Origin: a virus
Reading direction: 5' to 3' (one strand)
Virus record (IMG/VR): IMGVR_UViG_3300037515_000188
Coordinates: 1 to 64,000 of that record
Length of the DNA: 64,000 nt
Shown: piece after piece, positions 29,919 through 40,126 of the stretch
How the letters are laid out: each line of letters opens with the position of its first letter
Position numbering within the stretch: position 1 is the first letter of the stretch
The notes under the pieces: model-generated
The model's input: only the letters and a program-made list of their open reading frames with translations
Databases searched by the model: none
What the model was told of the DNA's origin: nothing
Made by a program: the position numbers and the translations under genes

Positions 29919-31025
29919 ATGTTCCAGCAAAAACTCTATCAGAATTTAATGCAATTGGTAACAACCAATGAGGCATTTTATTATGTGGATCATGTAATCA
30001 ATAATGTAATCTATCGTGTATTCACCTATCGGTTAGCATCCTATACGGATTTTCTTAATCCTGATGCATTAGAATGCAGAGGACATATGTTCCGTTTAGA
30101 TGGTGATGCCGTTAAATTGGTTTCATTGCCATTTACAAAATTTTTTAACATAAATGAAAACCCAATGACTATGGATTTAGATTTATCGTCAATAAATTTT
30201 GCTCATGATAAAAGAGATGGATCATTAATAGCCACTTTCAAGCATGATGATATGATATGTTTGAAATCAAAAACTGCCATTGCATCGGATCAAGCATTAG
30301 ATGCCACTAAAGTAATGCATGCTGATCAACGGTTATTTGATGTAATTACAGATTTTGTAAATCAGGATTATACGGTAATTATGGAATACACTGCTCCTGA
30401 TAATCGTATTGTATTACCATATCAAAATAAAGAATTGAAAATTCTTGGAGTACGTAACAATAAGCATGGGGAATATATTGACTATGAGCAGTTATACGCT
30501 GATATTCCTGAATACATGGTAGATGATTATACCGCGTCTATCAATGGAACTGTAGAGGATTTCATTGCGTCTATTCCGTCTATGAAAGGGATTGAAGGAT
30601 TTGTAATTGGATTACCTTCAGGACAACGTATAAAAATAAAGACTGAAGAATATCTTGCATTGCATCGTGCAAAAGATTCTGTATATTCCAATAAACGTCT
30701 TTTTGAAGTGGTATTGAATGAAGCATCAGATGATTTGCGTTCCATGTTTCATGATGATGAATATGTAATCAATCGTATTACTGAAATGGAAAATATTGTT
30801 GGTCATGCATATAATGGTTTAGTGAATTCTGTAGAACAATATTATTCCAATAATAAAGAACTTGATCGTAAATCTTATGCAATTAAAGGACAACAGGAAT
30901 TAACCAAAACCGCATTTAATCTTGCTATGATGAAATACACTGGTAAGAAACCAGATTATAAAAATATGTTGTTGAAAAATTTCAAGGATTATATTGATGA
31001 TAATGAGCAGGATGAAACTATATGA
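29919..31025 (+). CDS. rnlA: RNA ligase 1 (T4 gp63/RnlA family)
   Basis: ECRG.MF, PF.KFFN.NENP, KRDGSLI, EY.AP.NRIV, IEGFV, KIKT..YL.LH. Confidence 0.92.
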   Translation: MFQQKLYQNLMQLVTTNEAFYYVDHVINNVIYRVFTYRLASYTDFLNPDALECRGHMFRLDGDAVKLVSLPFTKFFNINENPMTMDLDLSSINFAHDKRDGSLIATFKHDDMICLKSKTAIASDQALDATKVMHADQRLFDVITDFVNQDYTVIMEYTAPDNRIVLPYQNKELKILGVRNNKHGEYIDYEQLYADIPEYMVDDYTASINGTVEDFIASIPSMKGIEGFVIGLPSGQRIKIKTEEYLALHRAKDSVYSNKRLFEVVLNEASDDLRSMFHDDEYVINRITEMENIVGHAYNGLVNSVEQYYSNNKELDRKSYAIKGQQELTKTAFNLAMMKYTGKKPDYKNMLLKNFKDYIDDNEQDETI

Positions 31026-31216
31026 AAATCACGTTAATTCAAAAGGTTATTAAACGTCATAGTGTTGAGATAAGTGATTCATTTATTACAGCAATTAACG
31101 GAGAACTAGATTGTACTGAAATTAAGGATGAAATATTTAAATCGGTAAAAAAGAATGGATGGGATATAGAAGATGTTATAGTGGAAACTGTAATTATGGA
31201 CCCATTTGATTATTGA
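31022..31216 (+). CDS. hypothetical protein
   Basis: ATGA-coupled to rnlA. Confidence 0.7.
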   Translation: MKITLIQKVIKRHSVEISDSFITAINGELDCTEIKDEIFKSVKKNGWDIEDVIVETVIMDPFDY

Positions 31217-31284
31217 CAATAGTGATTAAATTTGGTATAATACATATTCACTAGTTAATAATTTTTATTTGGATGGATTAAAAA

Positions 31285-31632
31285 ATGAAACTCCTTACTA
31301 AAATTATCAGAAATGAATTGATCAAAAATCATGTTACTAATTCTTCATTGGAATCACACCATCAGGATTTTAAACCAGTAGTTAAATTTTTTAATCCTTC
31401 GGGAAGTGGAACATGGTTAATTACCGAACTTGATCCTGAAACTAACCTTATGTTTGGATTGTGCGATTTAGGAATGGGGTTCCCGGAACTTGGTTATGTT
31501 AGCCTAGATGAACTATCTCAAGTTCGATGCGCTTTTGGTCTGTCCATTGAACGAGACTTGTATTGGACTGCTAATAAAACATTGGGAGAATATGCAAAGG
31601 AATCGTATGATTTAGGATATATTAAAACATAA
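31285..31632 (+). CDS. DUF2958-family protein
   Basis: PVVKFFNP.G.GTWLITELD, FGLCDLG.G.PELGYVSL.EL, IERDLYW. Confidence 0.88.
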   Translation: MKLLTKIIRNELIKNHVTNSSLESHHQDFKPVVKFFNPSGSGTWLITELDPETNLMFGLCDLGMGFPELGYVSLDELSQVRCAFGLSIERDLYWTANKTLGEYAKESYDLGYIKT

Positions 31633-31665
31633 AATTATAAATAAATTCTATAGGAGGATATTATC

Positions 31666-31938
31666 ATGTTCAAATTTAATTCAGTAAATGGTTATATTTT
31701 AACGGATGATTATGGATTTCCATTATTTCTTCCTGATGAATATAAAAATATCGTTAAGTTCGATATCGAATCTTTAAAAAGTTTTTGTGTAGCGAATCAT
31801 ATTGTAGATAGAACGACATGGCATATTTTTAATGTTGGATATTGGAAAGATGACGGAGAATATGTTGCACCATTAGATTATTGGTATAGTGTATACATGA
31901 TATCAAAAGAGGATGAGGAATATGAGTATGAATATTGA
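31666..31938 (+). CDS. hypothetical protein
   Basis: AGGAGG RBS. Confidence 0.75.
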   Translation: MFKFNSVNGYILTDDYGFPLFLPDEYKNIVKFDIESLKSFCVANHIVDRTTWHIFNVGYWKDDGEYVAPLDYWYSVYMISKEDEEYEYEY

Positions 31939-32152
31939 TATTCTTACTGGTGAAGATGCTGAAAAATGTGTCAAGGCCCTAGAGAATTGGTTATCATCGT
32001 TTTTAGAATATAAATATACTTCTAGCGAAGGATATACTGGATGTATTGATGGGGAACTTGTATCAGTTACTATTGCTGCAAATATGGCCAGAAGATTATT
32101 AATAGCAGCTAAATCTAATAGCCTCGGTGGGTGCTTGCTTTGCAAGAATTAA
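31922..32152 (+). CDS. hypothetical protein
   Basis: GAGG RBS, overlaps the upstream stop. Confidence 0.6.
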   Translation: MSMNIDILTGEDAEKCVKALENWLSSFLEYKYTSSEGYTGCIDGELVSVTIAANMARRLLIAAKSNSLGGCLLCKN

Positions 32153-32194
32153 TATGGTATAATATTCAATTATATTTCTAACTTCGAGATAACA

Positions 32195-32824
32195 GTGAAA
32201 GATAAGGGAAGTATTGTTAGAAAGCTTGACAAAAATGGTTTAATTAAAGGTATCAAACCATTTGCGGTCAATACCCATTATGAAGTCATAATGGGATCAT
32301 TCGCATATGGCGTATCTAATACTACGTCCGACATGGATGTATACGGAGTATTTACTCCACCGATTGAATATATTTTTCCACATATTGCTGGTTTTATTCG
32401 AGGATTCGGAGAACCTGCTCCAGTTTATGATACATACCAGAAACATCATATTCAACATAATGAAAAGGAATATGATCTTGCATTATACAGTATAGTGAAA
32501 TATTTCAATTTATGTGCGGATAATAATCCAAACATGATTGATTCTTTATTTGTTCCTTCACGGTGTATCATTCATTCTGATACAGTAGGAGATATTATTC
32601 GGGAAAATCGAAAAATGTTTCTGCATAAGGGAATTCAAAAAAGATTTACCGGATATGCTTATTCTCAATTGAATAAATTGAAAACAAAGAAATTAACACC
32701 ATGTATGAAAAAATTGGAAGATTTTGAAAGTTTGCATAACATATTAAATTCACCTACCATAAATACTTTAGAAAAAGAATTAAAAACTAGAGGATTATGG
32801 AATGAAAGGAAAAATAACGAGTAA
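32195..32824 (+). CDS. Pol-beta nucleotidyltransferase (Nuc-transf/RlaP-like), N-terminal fragment
   Basis: GSFAYG....SDMDVYGVF, NNPNMIDSLF, F.GYAYSQL. Confidence 0.85.
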   Translation: MKDKGSIVRKLDKNGLIKGIKPFAVNTHYEVIMGSFAYGVSNTTSDMDVYGVFTPPIEYIFPHIAGFIRGFGEPAPVYDTYQKHHIQHNEKEYDLALYSIVKYFNLCADNNPNMIDSLFVPSRCIIHSDTVGDIIRENRKMFLHKGIQKRFTGYAYSQLNKLKTKKLTPCMKKLEDFESLHNILNSPTINTLEKELKTRGLWNERKNNE

Positions 32825-33734
32825 TAAAGATATAACAAATGAAAGATTTGGAAAATTAATAGCTATAAAACCAACAAATGAAAGAAATAGAAAATCTATT
32901 CTTTGGGAATGTAAATGTGATTGTGGAAATATTATAAAAAGATCAATTGGAGATTTAAATTCTGGTAAAAAGAGCGGAGCAAATCAATCATGTAATGAAT
33001 GTAAACAATCATTAAATTTAACAGGAAAAAAATATGGTAATTTAACTGCTATAAAACAAACAAAAAAAATTAAAGGAAAGGGATGGTATTGGATATTTAG
33101 ATGTGATTGTGGTAATAGTGTAGAAAAAATTGGTTCTCAAGTTTATAGAAAGGAAGGAAAATTAAATTGTGGATGTATAAAAAGAAAATTTACAAATAAA
33201 ATTGATTTAATGGGAAAACGGTTCGGTAAATTAAAAGTCATTTCAGAAAATGGATTATCAAACAAGCAACAAGCATTATGGAAATGTAAATGTGATTGTG
33301 GTAATATTATTTTAACTAGATCACATTACTTAATACAAGGAAGAAAAACACATTGCGGATGTATTAAAAAGAAATATAATAATCGAAAAATAATATTCTT
33401 AAATAATACTAAAATTAGTTATAGTTTTTGGAAAGGACTTAAATATGGCGCAAAATATAGAAATTTTGAATTTAATATAACTCCAGAATATATATGGAAG
33501 TTATTTAAAAATCAAAAAGAATTATGTGCATTAACAGGAAATGAAATATATCTTCTTCCATATTATACTAGAACTGCATCATTAGATAGAATTAATAGTA
33601 ATATTGGTTATGTTGAAGGAAATTTACAATGGGTTCATGTTAAAGTTAATATGCTAAAAATGAATTTTTCAGAAGATGATTTAATACATTGGTGTAAAAA
33701 AATATATGAGCATAACATTAAAAAATTTAAATGA
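32802..33734 (+). CDS. free-standing homing endonuclease (HNH/His-Me type with repeated DNA-binding modules)
   Basis: Three D(I/L)TG.(R/K)(F/Y)G.L...W.C.CDCGN repeats; C-terminal CALTG...SLDRINS..GY..GN.QWV...N..K. Confidence 0.85.
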   Translation: MKGKITSNKDITNERFGKLIAIKPTNERNRKSILWECKCDCGNIIKRSIGDLNSGKKSGANQSCNECKQSLNLTGKKYGNLTAIKQTKKIKGKGWYWIFRCDCGNSVEKIGSQVYRKEGKLNCGCIKRKFTNKIDLMGKRFGKLKVISENGLSNKQQALWKCKCDCGNIILTRSHYLIQGRKTHCGCIKKKYNNRKIIFLNNTKISYSFWKGLKYGAKYRNFEFNITPEYIWKLFKNQKELCALTGNEIYLLPYYTRTASLDRINSNIGYVEGNLQWVHVKVNMLKMNFSEDDLIHWCKKIYEHNIKKFK

Positions 33735-34161
33735 TAATGAATTATTAGAATATTATTCATTATATTCTATTTTAACTGTAAGAGAAAGAGATAGACATGT
33801 AAATAAAATAGATACTAAATTTTCTACTCATATAGTTCGCTTAATCCTAGAATGTGAAATGGTAATGGTTCTTCATGATCTCGATCTTGAAGCCCATAGA
33901 GAGATTCTAAAGAGTGTTCGTCGTGGAGACTGGACCTTAGAAGAAATTGAAAATTGGTTTAAACGGAAAGAAGCAGAATTAGAGACTCTTTACATTGAAA
34001 GTACCTTGCCATATTCCCCTGATTATGGTAAACTAAAGAAATTGCTAATGAATTGTCTTGAGGCTCATTTTGGTTCACTTGCAGCGTATTTTAACATGGA
34101 AGGTAGTAGCAAGGTGATGCAAGATAAATTGAATCGTATTAGATCAGTATTAGAGGAATAA
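33706..34161 (+). CDS. nucleotidyltransferase C-terminal fragment
   Basis: DTKF..HIVRL..E, RE.LKS.RRG.W, S.LP..PD...K.LL..CLE. Confidence 0.8.
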   Translation: MSITLKNLNDNELLEYYSLYSILTVRERDRHVNKIDTKFSTHIVRLILECEMVMVLHDLDLEAHREILKSVRRGDWTLEEIENWFKRKEAELETLYIESTLPYSPDYGKLKKLLMNCLEAHFGSLAAYFNMEGSSKVMQDKLNRIRSVLEE

Positions 34162-34361
34162 TGATGAATGAATTAAATCATGATAAATTAGTTCGTGCAT
34201 ATGTTGAAACATGTGTAGAAAATATGGATATTGCTGATTTGATTACATATGCAACTGAATGCATGACAGAAAGATTATATGATATTTCACAAGAAGAATT
34301 AATTAATGAAATAACAAAATTTCTTCCCGAGTTACTTGATGAATTTAATTTAGAGAAATAA
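34161..34361 (+). CDS. small acidic hypothetical protein
   Basis: Coupled ORF. Confidence 0.7.
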   Translation: MMNELNHDKLVRAYVETCVENMDIADLITYATECMTERLYDISQEELINEITKFLPELLDEFNLEK

Positions 34362-34582
34362 TGATGAATAAATTAACTCACCTAGTTAATTTTCCTGATA
34401 TTTATCTTATCAGATCAACATCAGAAATTGATGATGAGACTAGTGCATCCTTATTTTGGTCAGTTCATATAGGATGGGTATCGATTCAGGATGCTACTAT
34501 TTTTTTAAAATCAGAGATAGCCACTTTTGCATATTTTCCGCTCGGCAGTGAAATTATTTGTTATAAATATGAGGTAGAATAA
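34361..34582 (+). CDS. hypothetical protein
   Basis: LFWS...GWV....AT.F motif. Confidence 0.7.
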   Translation: MMNKLTHLVNFPDIYLIRSTSEIDDETSASLFWSVHIGWVSIQDATIFLKSEIATFAYFPLGSEIICYKYEVE

Positions 34583-34773
34583 AAAATGTATTTATATTTT
34601 AACCAATTGGATGAGGATGATAATAATAGATTGAATGATATTTATAATGATGTTATTAATTCTGATCCATATTTACAAATATCAAAAAATGATGTGAAAT
34701 TTATGCTTAAAATTATTGAAATACTTGATAATGAAATTAATATTCTTTTAGATAGAATATAGAGGTTAAATAA

Positions 34774-35094
34774 ATGAATACATCAGAATATCAATGGATA
34801 AAGATTCGTTATAAATGGGCGCATGGATTTGGACAATGGTTTTATATTTATGTAAGTAAAAAACTTTTAAAAGATGTTTATAAAAATAAAATAGATGATC
34901 TTTTTGAAGATAATAATTTCATAGAAGATTATTCATGGTCAGATAAATATCGTGAATATGAATTTAAATTAGTATCGCCATCTAAAGTTCCATTAAAAGT
35001 TTTGAAATCTTACATAAGACGATATGAATCTGATATGGATATTGCGCGTGATCAATTATTATATCTGAGGACTTTAGATGCCTACCGTACATGA
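34774..35094 (+). CDS. hypothetical protein
   Basis: GAGG RBS, 106 aa. Confidence 0.75.
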   Translation: MNTSEYQWIKIRYKWAHGFGQWFYIYVSKKLLKDVYKNKIDDLFEDNNFIEDYSWSDKYREYEFKLVSPSKVPLKVLKSYIRRYESDMDIARDQLLYLRTLDAYRT

Positions 35095-35335
35095 AAATCA
35101 TATTATAGAGGTAGCCACGGCATTAGGATTGAAATTATGCGTAGGTTGTGATGGATTTTTCGATACAGCTACTACTATATTTGAAGTAGATGAAGATAAT
35201 TACGGTAAAGAAATTTGTTCCGGGTGTCGTGAATTTAAGGAACTTAACGAGGAAATTATGGAAAAAGAAAATCAACTTGAATTTCTTGTAGACGGTTTGA
35301 AACATTTATTAAATGGAGTAGAATCATTTGACTAA
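35078..35335 (+). CDS. zinc-finger/coiled-coil hypothetical protein
   Basis: CVGC...CSGC. Confidence 0.7.
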   Translation: MPTVHENHIIEVATALGLKLCVGCDGFFDTATTIFEVDEDNYGKEICSGCREFKELNEEIMEKENQLEFLVDGLKHLLNGVESFD

Positions 35336-35363
35336 ATACGGTATTGATGATATAATTCAATTG

Positions 35364-35457
35364 TAAAATTCATTGTGCGTTGAAAGATAGATTACTCAAC
35401 TATTGCAAAATCTGGATAAGGATGAGGATAAAACAAACCCCAGACACATGAATTTTA
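35364..35457 (+). ncRNA. putative sRNA with GGA-rich loop
   Basis: Own TTGACT-17-TATAAT promoter; taaaattcat-tgtg/cacatgaatttta closing stem. Confidence 0.45.
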
Positions 35458-35493
35458 ATACATTAATCTAAATACTTTTAATAGGGATTATAA

Positions 35494-35769
35494 ATGAAAA
35501 TTTATTGTATTTTAAGTAATTATCAAGCAAATTTATCCTGTAGTGCATTTTATAATGAAAATAAAGCTATAAAAGAATTTCGTGAATTGGTATTAACAGA
35601 TATTAAAGATTGTACTAATTATGAAAATGAATTTGATATTAATTCATCATTTATAAGTAAAACAGAAGATGTTTTTTATTTTGCTGATTCTTCATATACT
35701 CATATAGATAGTGAACCATATGATATAGTATTGGAGGCAATAGAAGTAAATACAGAAGATGTAATTTAA
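35494..35769 (+). CDS. hypothetical protein
   Basis: 91-aa ORF. Confidence 0.7.
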   Translation: MKIYCILSNYQANLSCSAFYNENKAIKEFRELVLTDIKDCTNYENEFDINSSFISKTEDVFYFADSSYTHIDSEPYDIVLEAIEVNTEDVI

Positions 35770-35775
35770 TATTAT

Positions 35776-35853
35776 GGGACGGTAGCACAACTGGTTAAGT
35801 GCAATCCCCTCATAAGGGATAGGTTACAGGTTCGAGTCCTGTCCGTCCCACCA
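35776..35853 (+). tRNA. tRNA with CAT anticodon (elongator Met or Ile2)
   Basis: GGGACGG/CCGTCCC-A-CCA; ATCCC-CTCATAA-GGGAT; GGTTCGAGTCC. Confidence 0.92.
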
Positions 35854-36000
35854 TAATTTAAAGACAATCAACAAATGGTACAGAAAAATAACAAAATATG
35901 TTTGACTTTATAAATAATTGTGTTATAATATAATTGTTTGTGGTACTTGGGGTAAGCGGCAAATTGCATGTAAGCATTGTCACACTGCCCCCTTTTTTCA

Positions 36001-36077
36001 GGATCGTTAGCTCAATTTGGTAGAGCAGCGGACTTTTAATCCGGTGGTTATAGGTTCGATCCCTATACGATCCACCA
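36001..36077 (+). tRNA. tRNA-Lys(TTT)
   Basis: GGATCGT/ACGATCC-A-CCA; CGGA-CTTTTAA-TCCG; GGTTCGATCCC. Confidence 0.95.
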
Positions 36078-36101
36078 TATTATAAATGAGACCCATTATT
36101 C

Positions 36102-36269
36102 ATGGATAAAAACATTTCAGAAGATACCAAGACACGGGAACCATGTGAATATTGTGGTAGTCATGGGAAAATTATGGGTTATTTTGAAAAGTTAATAGAT
36201 TGTCCTATGTGTGATGGCTGGGGATGGACAGTTTATAAAAAAGAGGAATATATCAATGAGCAAAAATAA
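36102..36269 (+). CDS. small DnaJ-type zinc-finger protein (55 aa)
   Basis: CEYCGSHG and CPMCDGWG. Confidence 0.6.
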   Translation: MDKNISEDTKTREPCEYCGSHGKIMGYFEKLIDCPMCDGWGWTVYKKEEYINEQK

Positions 36270-36633
36270 TACAAAAAAAGTTAGTATGACAATTTATGAA
36301 GAACTTTATCCTGAACTCGTTGCGGAAATAGTTGATCTTGAACGTAAGTTAATTGAAGCATGTAAACCGGCAGTATGTAATGTATGTGGAGGGTTCCCAT
36401 TATCAAATGATAGAAAGTGTATTTGCGACGGTATTGGTACGGAGCAAGCTGAACTTGTTGGATTGCGTAAAGAAATATTTAAAAGTGATCAAGCAAATAA
36501 TGAAATATTAAAAATTTGCACTGAAAAAGATTATTATGAATTTAAAGATGAAACAGAGCAATGCATTTATTATAGAGGATGTTTGATAGCTATTGAAAGT
36601 ATTATACACAATATTCTTAACTATGAGAGATAA
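36256..36633 (+). CDS. hypothetical protein
   Basis: GAGG RBS; CNVC..CIC. Confidence 0.7.
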   Translation: MSKNNTKKVSMTIYEELYPELVAEIVDLERKLIEACKPAVCNVCGGFPLSNDRKCICDGIGTEQAELVGLRKEIFKSDQANNEILKICTEKDYYEFKDETEQCIYYRGCLIAIESIIHNILNYER

Positions 36634-36637
36634 TATA

Positions 36638-36853
36638 ATGAAAACAATTTTATGGATGATATTAAGATTTTTAATGCTGTGGGCATGCGTATTTTTAGCT
36701 TTGGCGGGTATACTAAGTATCAGCTATGGAATTTTTTTCATTGGTAATTTAATTCTTGAATTTTTAGGTCCCGGAGCCACTGCGTTACTTGGTGTATCAT
36801 TTATAACAGCTTTAGGTATAGCTGTCATAGAAGGATTGACGATATTAAAATAA
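36638..36853 (+). CDS. membrane protein
   Basis: Two hydrophobic segments. Confidence 0.7.
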   Translation: MKTILWMILRFLMLWACVFLALAGILSISYGIFFIGNLILEFLGPGATALLGVSFITALGIAVIEGLTILK

Positions 36854-36894
36854 TTTTTAATATACCTAATTTTTAAATATAGGAGATATCTTTC

Positions 36895-37164
36895 ATGAAA
36901 TATTTTATTGTTATACTTGCACTATTTTTACTTACCGGATGCGCGGATAATCCAACATATGTGATTAATGAATCTAATGTTCATGTCTATGGATTTTTTG
37001 GTGGATTTTGGCATGGAATGATCATTGTTTTTAATCTAATTGCCATGATCTTTTCTGATAATGTAGCCATTTATGCCCCAAGTAATTCCGGTGGTTGGTA
37101 TGCATTCGGGTTCTGGTTAGGATCATTGTTTCCATTAACATTAACAGGCAAAATAAAATATTGA
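36895..37164 (+). CDS. membrane lipoprotein
   Basis: Lipobox LTGC; GF.GG.WHG, N.GGWY.FGF.LG. Confidence 0.8.
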   Translation: MKYFIVILALFLLTGCADNPTYVINESNVHVYGFFGGFWHGMIIVFNLIAMIFSDNVAIYAPSNSGGWYAFGFWLGSLFPLTLTGKIKY

Positions 37165-37328
37165 CAACTGTAACTAAATATGATACTATATTTGAATGAT
37201 GGCTAGCATCTAGCATCATTTCAGTGAACTCCGTTCTCCGCAGGCGTAATCGGTGCCGGACATTCAGGCACAGTTGGCAGATACCTAGAAACTGCCATAA
37301 TTATATTTTTTAATACGGAATATATATT

Positions 37329-37757
37329 ATGATTATAAAATTAAAACCTAAACAACCTGATAAGAATCTAACAAATTCTATTGAAATAAATAATCATGAC
37401 TTAGGGGTTTTTAGCGGAATGACTATATCAGATATTTTTATTGCGATAAAAAAATATTTAAAATCTTTAAATTATACTGATGAAGAATTAACATATTTGA
37501 AATATGATGATATAAAAGTTTACCTTAAATATTCGGCTACTATAACTTTTATGTTTGATATACCAATATCAAAAGTCAATTATGATTCACAAGTTGAAAA
37601 ATTTAATACCAAGATGAAAAATTATAACAAATGGTATAATGAAAATAAAGATAAAATTGAACTTGAACTTGAAAATAGGACAAAGAGAAATAACGAAAGA
37701 AAAATTATTAACAAACATATATATGAATTAAAATCACAACTTAATCAATTAAATTGA
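37329..37757 (+). CDS. hypothetical protein
   Basis: 142-aa ORF. Confidence 0.7.
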   Translation: MIIKLKPKQPDKNLTNSIEINNHDLGVFSGMTISDIFIAIKKYLKSLNYTDEELTYLKYDDIKVYLKYSATITFMFDIPISKVNYDSQVEKFNTKMKNYNKWYNENKDKIELELENRTKRNNERKIINKHIYELKSQLNQLN

Positions 37758-37873
37758 GATGAATAATATGTTAAAGAAAATTGAAGAAATTATTCGTTGG
37801 GCAATTGTAATAATTATGGCAACCTTTATAATTAGTTTATATCTTTGATAAATATCTTAAAGAGGATATTATC

Positions 37874-38104
37874 ATGGCTAGACCGAGTAAACCTAAAACA
37901 TTTGCCAGAACTAAACAACGTAAAAATGCAAAATCAGGCATTAATAAACTTAGTGATGTCTTATATAGTGCTAATAAATTACTAAGAGATGTTAATGCTT
38001 TAGAGAAGGGTAAAGTTATAGATCGTATTGAACGTAGAGTTCTAGGTAAATTGGCATCTAAAGGTTTATCTTCAAACTTACTTAAAATTTTCAGAAAGCA
38101 TTGA
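37874..38104 (+). CDS. small very basic protein, late-promoter associated
   Basis: K/R-rich 76 aa; ATAAATA box inside an RBS-containing hairpin upstream. Confidence 0.75.
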   Translation: MARPSKPKTFARTKQRKNAKSGINKLSDVLYSANKLLRDVNALEKGKVIDRIERRVLGKLASKGLSSNLLKIFRKH

Positions 38105-38135
38105 CATTCATTCAATATTCATATATAATTATGGT

Positions 38136-39600
38136 ATGACGGATCAAAATTCATATAACACCGATGAATTCATATGGACACAAACAAACATAGAAAAAAC
38201 TAAAAAATTGCTTTATCCAGAATTAAATAAATTAATATATGTATTGAATGAATTAAATAATTCTAAGTCTGAATATCATAATGAGATATCATCCAGAATA
38301 TTTGTTATCATAGGTAGATTATATTCTTATTGCGAGATTCTTAATAATATACAATTAGAAAAATTATTAGCTACTTTACAAAGTCAAATATCAATATTGT
38401 TAAATGGTATTAATGATCCCGGTTCGTTAATCGATATCATGGATAGTAAAAATAACATTATAGAATTTATTAATAAAACATAAAAATGGATAGATTAAAA
38501 TATCAATTATGGGAAATGCTTACAGGAATTTCATTAATTCTTGATGGTGTAATCAGTCTAATAACATTTGGTTTTTGTAATACCACGTCTCGAATGATAA
38601 TTTTACAATATCGAACTACTGGAAAATTCTTTAATCCAATGCTAATTGATGATAAAATAGACTGGATAAATAGTCAAGATATTGGAGCAAATTGTAATTT
38701 TTTTATAGGAGAAAAAAATGAGTAATTACGCAAATCGTTTACGTGCAGCACAATTACGAGGTAATACATCACCAAAGGAGTTATATCTATTAGAGGAAGT
38801 TGCCGAACATATTGACCAACTGGAATCAAAGATGGAATGGAATAAATTTGATTATGAAGATGCATCTACATTACCTGATGAATCATTAATTGTAATATGG
38901 AATATAGATGGACAAATGTATGCCAAACATTTTACATATGAAGATAATGATATTAAGGATATTGTAGCATGGCGTAAAATTTTACCATCGGATATTCCAC
39001 CATGGTTTAAATAATGTTTACATTATTTCAACATAACAATATATTGTATTATGGTTCTAATGGTATTACCGCAGAAAATTTTGGTAAGGCAGATCAACCA
39101 AATGGATGTGTCTGGTTTTGGAAAGATGCTCCTGAATCCATAAAAAAAGAATATAAAGAATCACATCCAGATTTTTTTGCAAATGCTCCTTATGGTGTAA
39201 TAAAAGAATGGATTGATAACCATATTATAAAATTAGGCATTAAATTATAAATGATATTAAAATATTTAATACTTAAATAATTTTATATAACATTACTTTG
39301 CACGATAACATAGGTAATGTTATCGTGCAAAGTAATGTTAACGTAACTATAAGAAATATTAATTTTATGCATCCTTTACAACAAGTCATTATACGTACAT
39401 TTAATCCACGTTCTGGAATATCAGGCATGTCCCGTATTAAATTTAGAGATTTACCAAATATACTTAAACGAAATTGCGAACGTGGTATAAAGACAACGGC
39501 ATATGAAAATGGTGATATAGATGGCATAATTATTGGTGTCGTATGGCATGATGATATAGAAGGATGGAAATGGTATTGTGAACCAGTAGAACAAATTTAA
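38136..39600 (+). CDS. run of five hypothetical genes (38136-38483, 38486-38725, 38718-39014, 39014-39250, ~39298-39600)
   Basis: Contiguous or coupled ORFs; the first is leaderless after TTGACA/TATAAT. Confidence 0.7.
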
Positions 39601-39604
39601 GACG

Positions 39605-40081
39605 ATGCATGAATTCAACCCAAGTTTTGTTAAAGTAACTACAGCATATGAATGTGCTGATATAATTAATTCATATCATGAAGATTATCCACAACGAGTA
39701 TATTCCACTTATGAAATAATTAATAATTGTTTGGATATGAACATGGTATCAATAAATGAATTTGAATGCAAAGGGTTTCATAGTTACATTATGAATGACT
39801 TGGTACCCCAATATAGAGGACAATGGAGGAATACTTATGTCACCATAGGTGGATATCAACCGTGCGCTCCTTGGATGATACAGGGCGAAATAGAAGAAGC
39901 TAATTTATTTCCATTTGAATTTTCTTCAATAATTGACGAGTCTGATATTATTAGATGGTATAGACAATTTGAAATCATCCATCCATTTATTGATGGTAAT
40001 GGCAGAGTGGGGGGAGTGATTGCAGCAATTGCGTCTTATTGGTTTTCCAAGGGTGAATATTTACTTGCTCCGGGGCAATGA
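39605..40081 (+). CDS. Fic/DOC-family protein
   Basis: HPFIDGNGRVG. Confidence 0.88.
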   Translation: MHEFNPSFVKVTTAYECADIINSYHEDYPQRVYSTYEIINNCLDMNMVSINEFECKGFHSYIMNDLVPQYRGQWRNTYVTIGGYQPCAPWMIQGEIEEANLFPFEFSSIIDESDIIRWYRQFEIIHPFIDGNGRVGGVIAAIASYWFSKGEYLLAPGQ

Positions 40082-40126
40082 TTATGTTATCATATTATCA
40101 TCATAATATAGTTTGGAGTAAATGTT

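Noticed and set aside
12321-30745. Antisense ORFs overlapping long genes (e.g. 12321-12653, 15392-15658, 27528-28016, 30527-30745)
   Set aside because: They are fully embedded opposite well-supported genes and have no motifs or expression signals.
32802-33734. Group I intron around the endonuclease
   Set aside because: The ORFs overlap on both sides and no P/Q/R/S-like structured sequence is visible.
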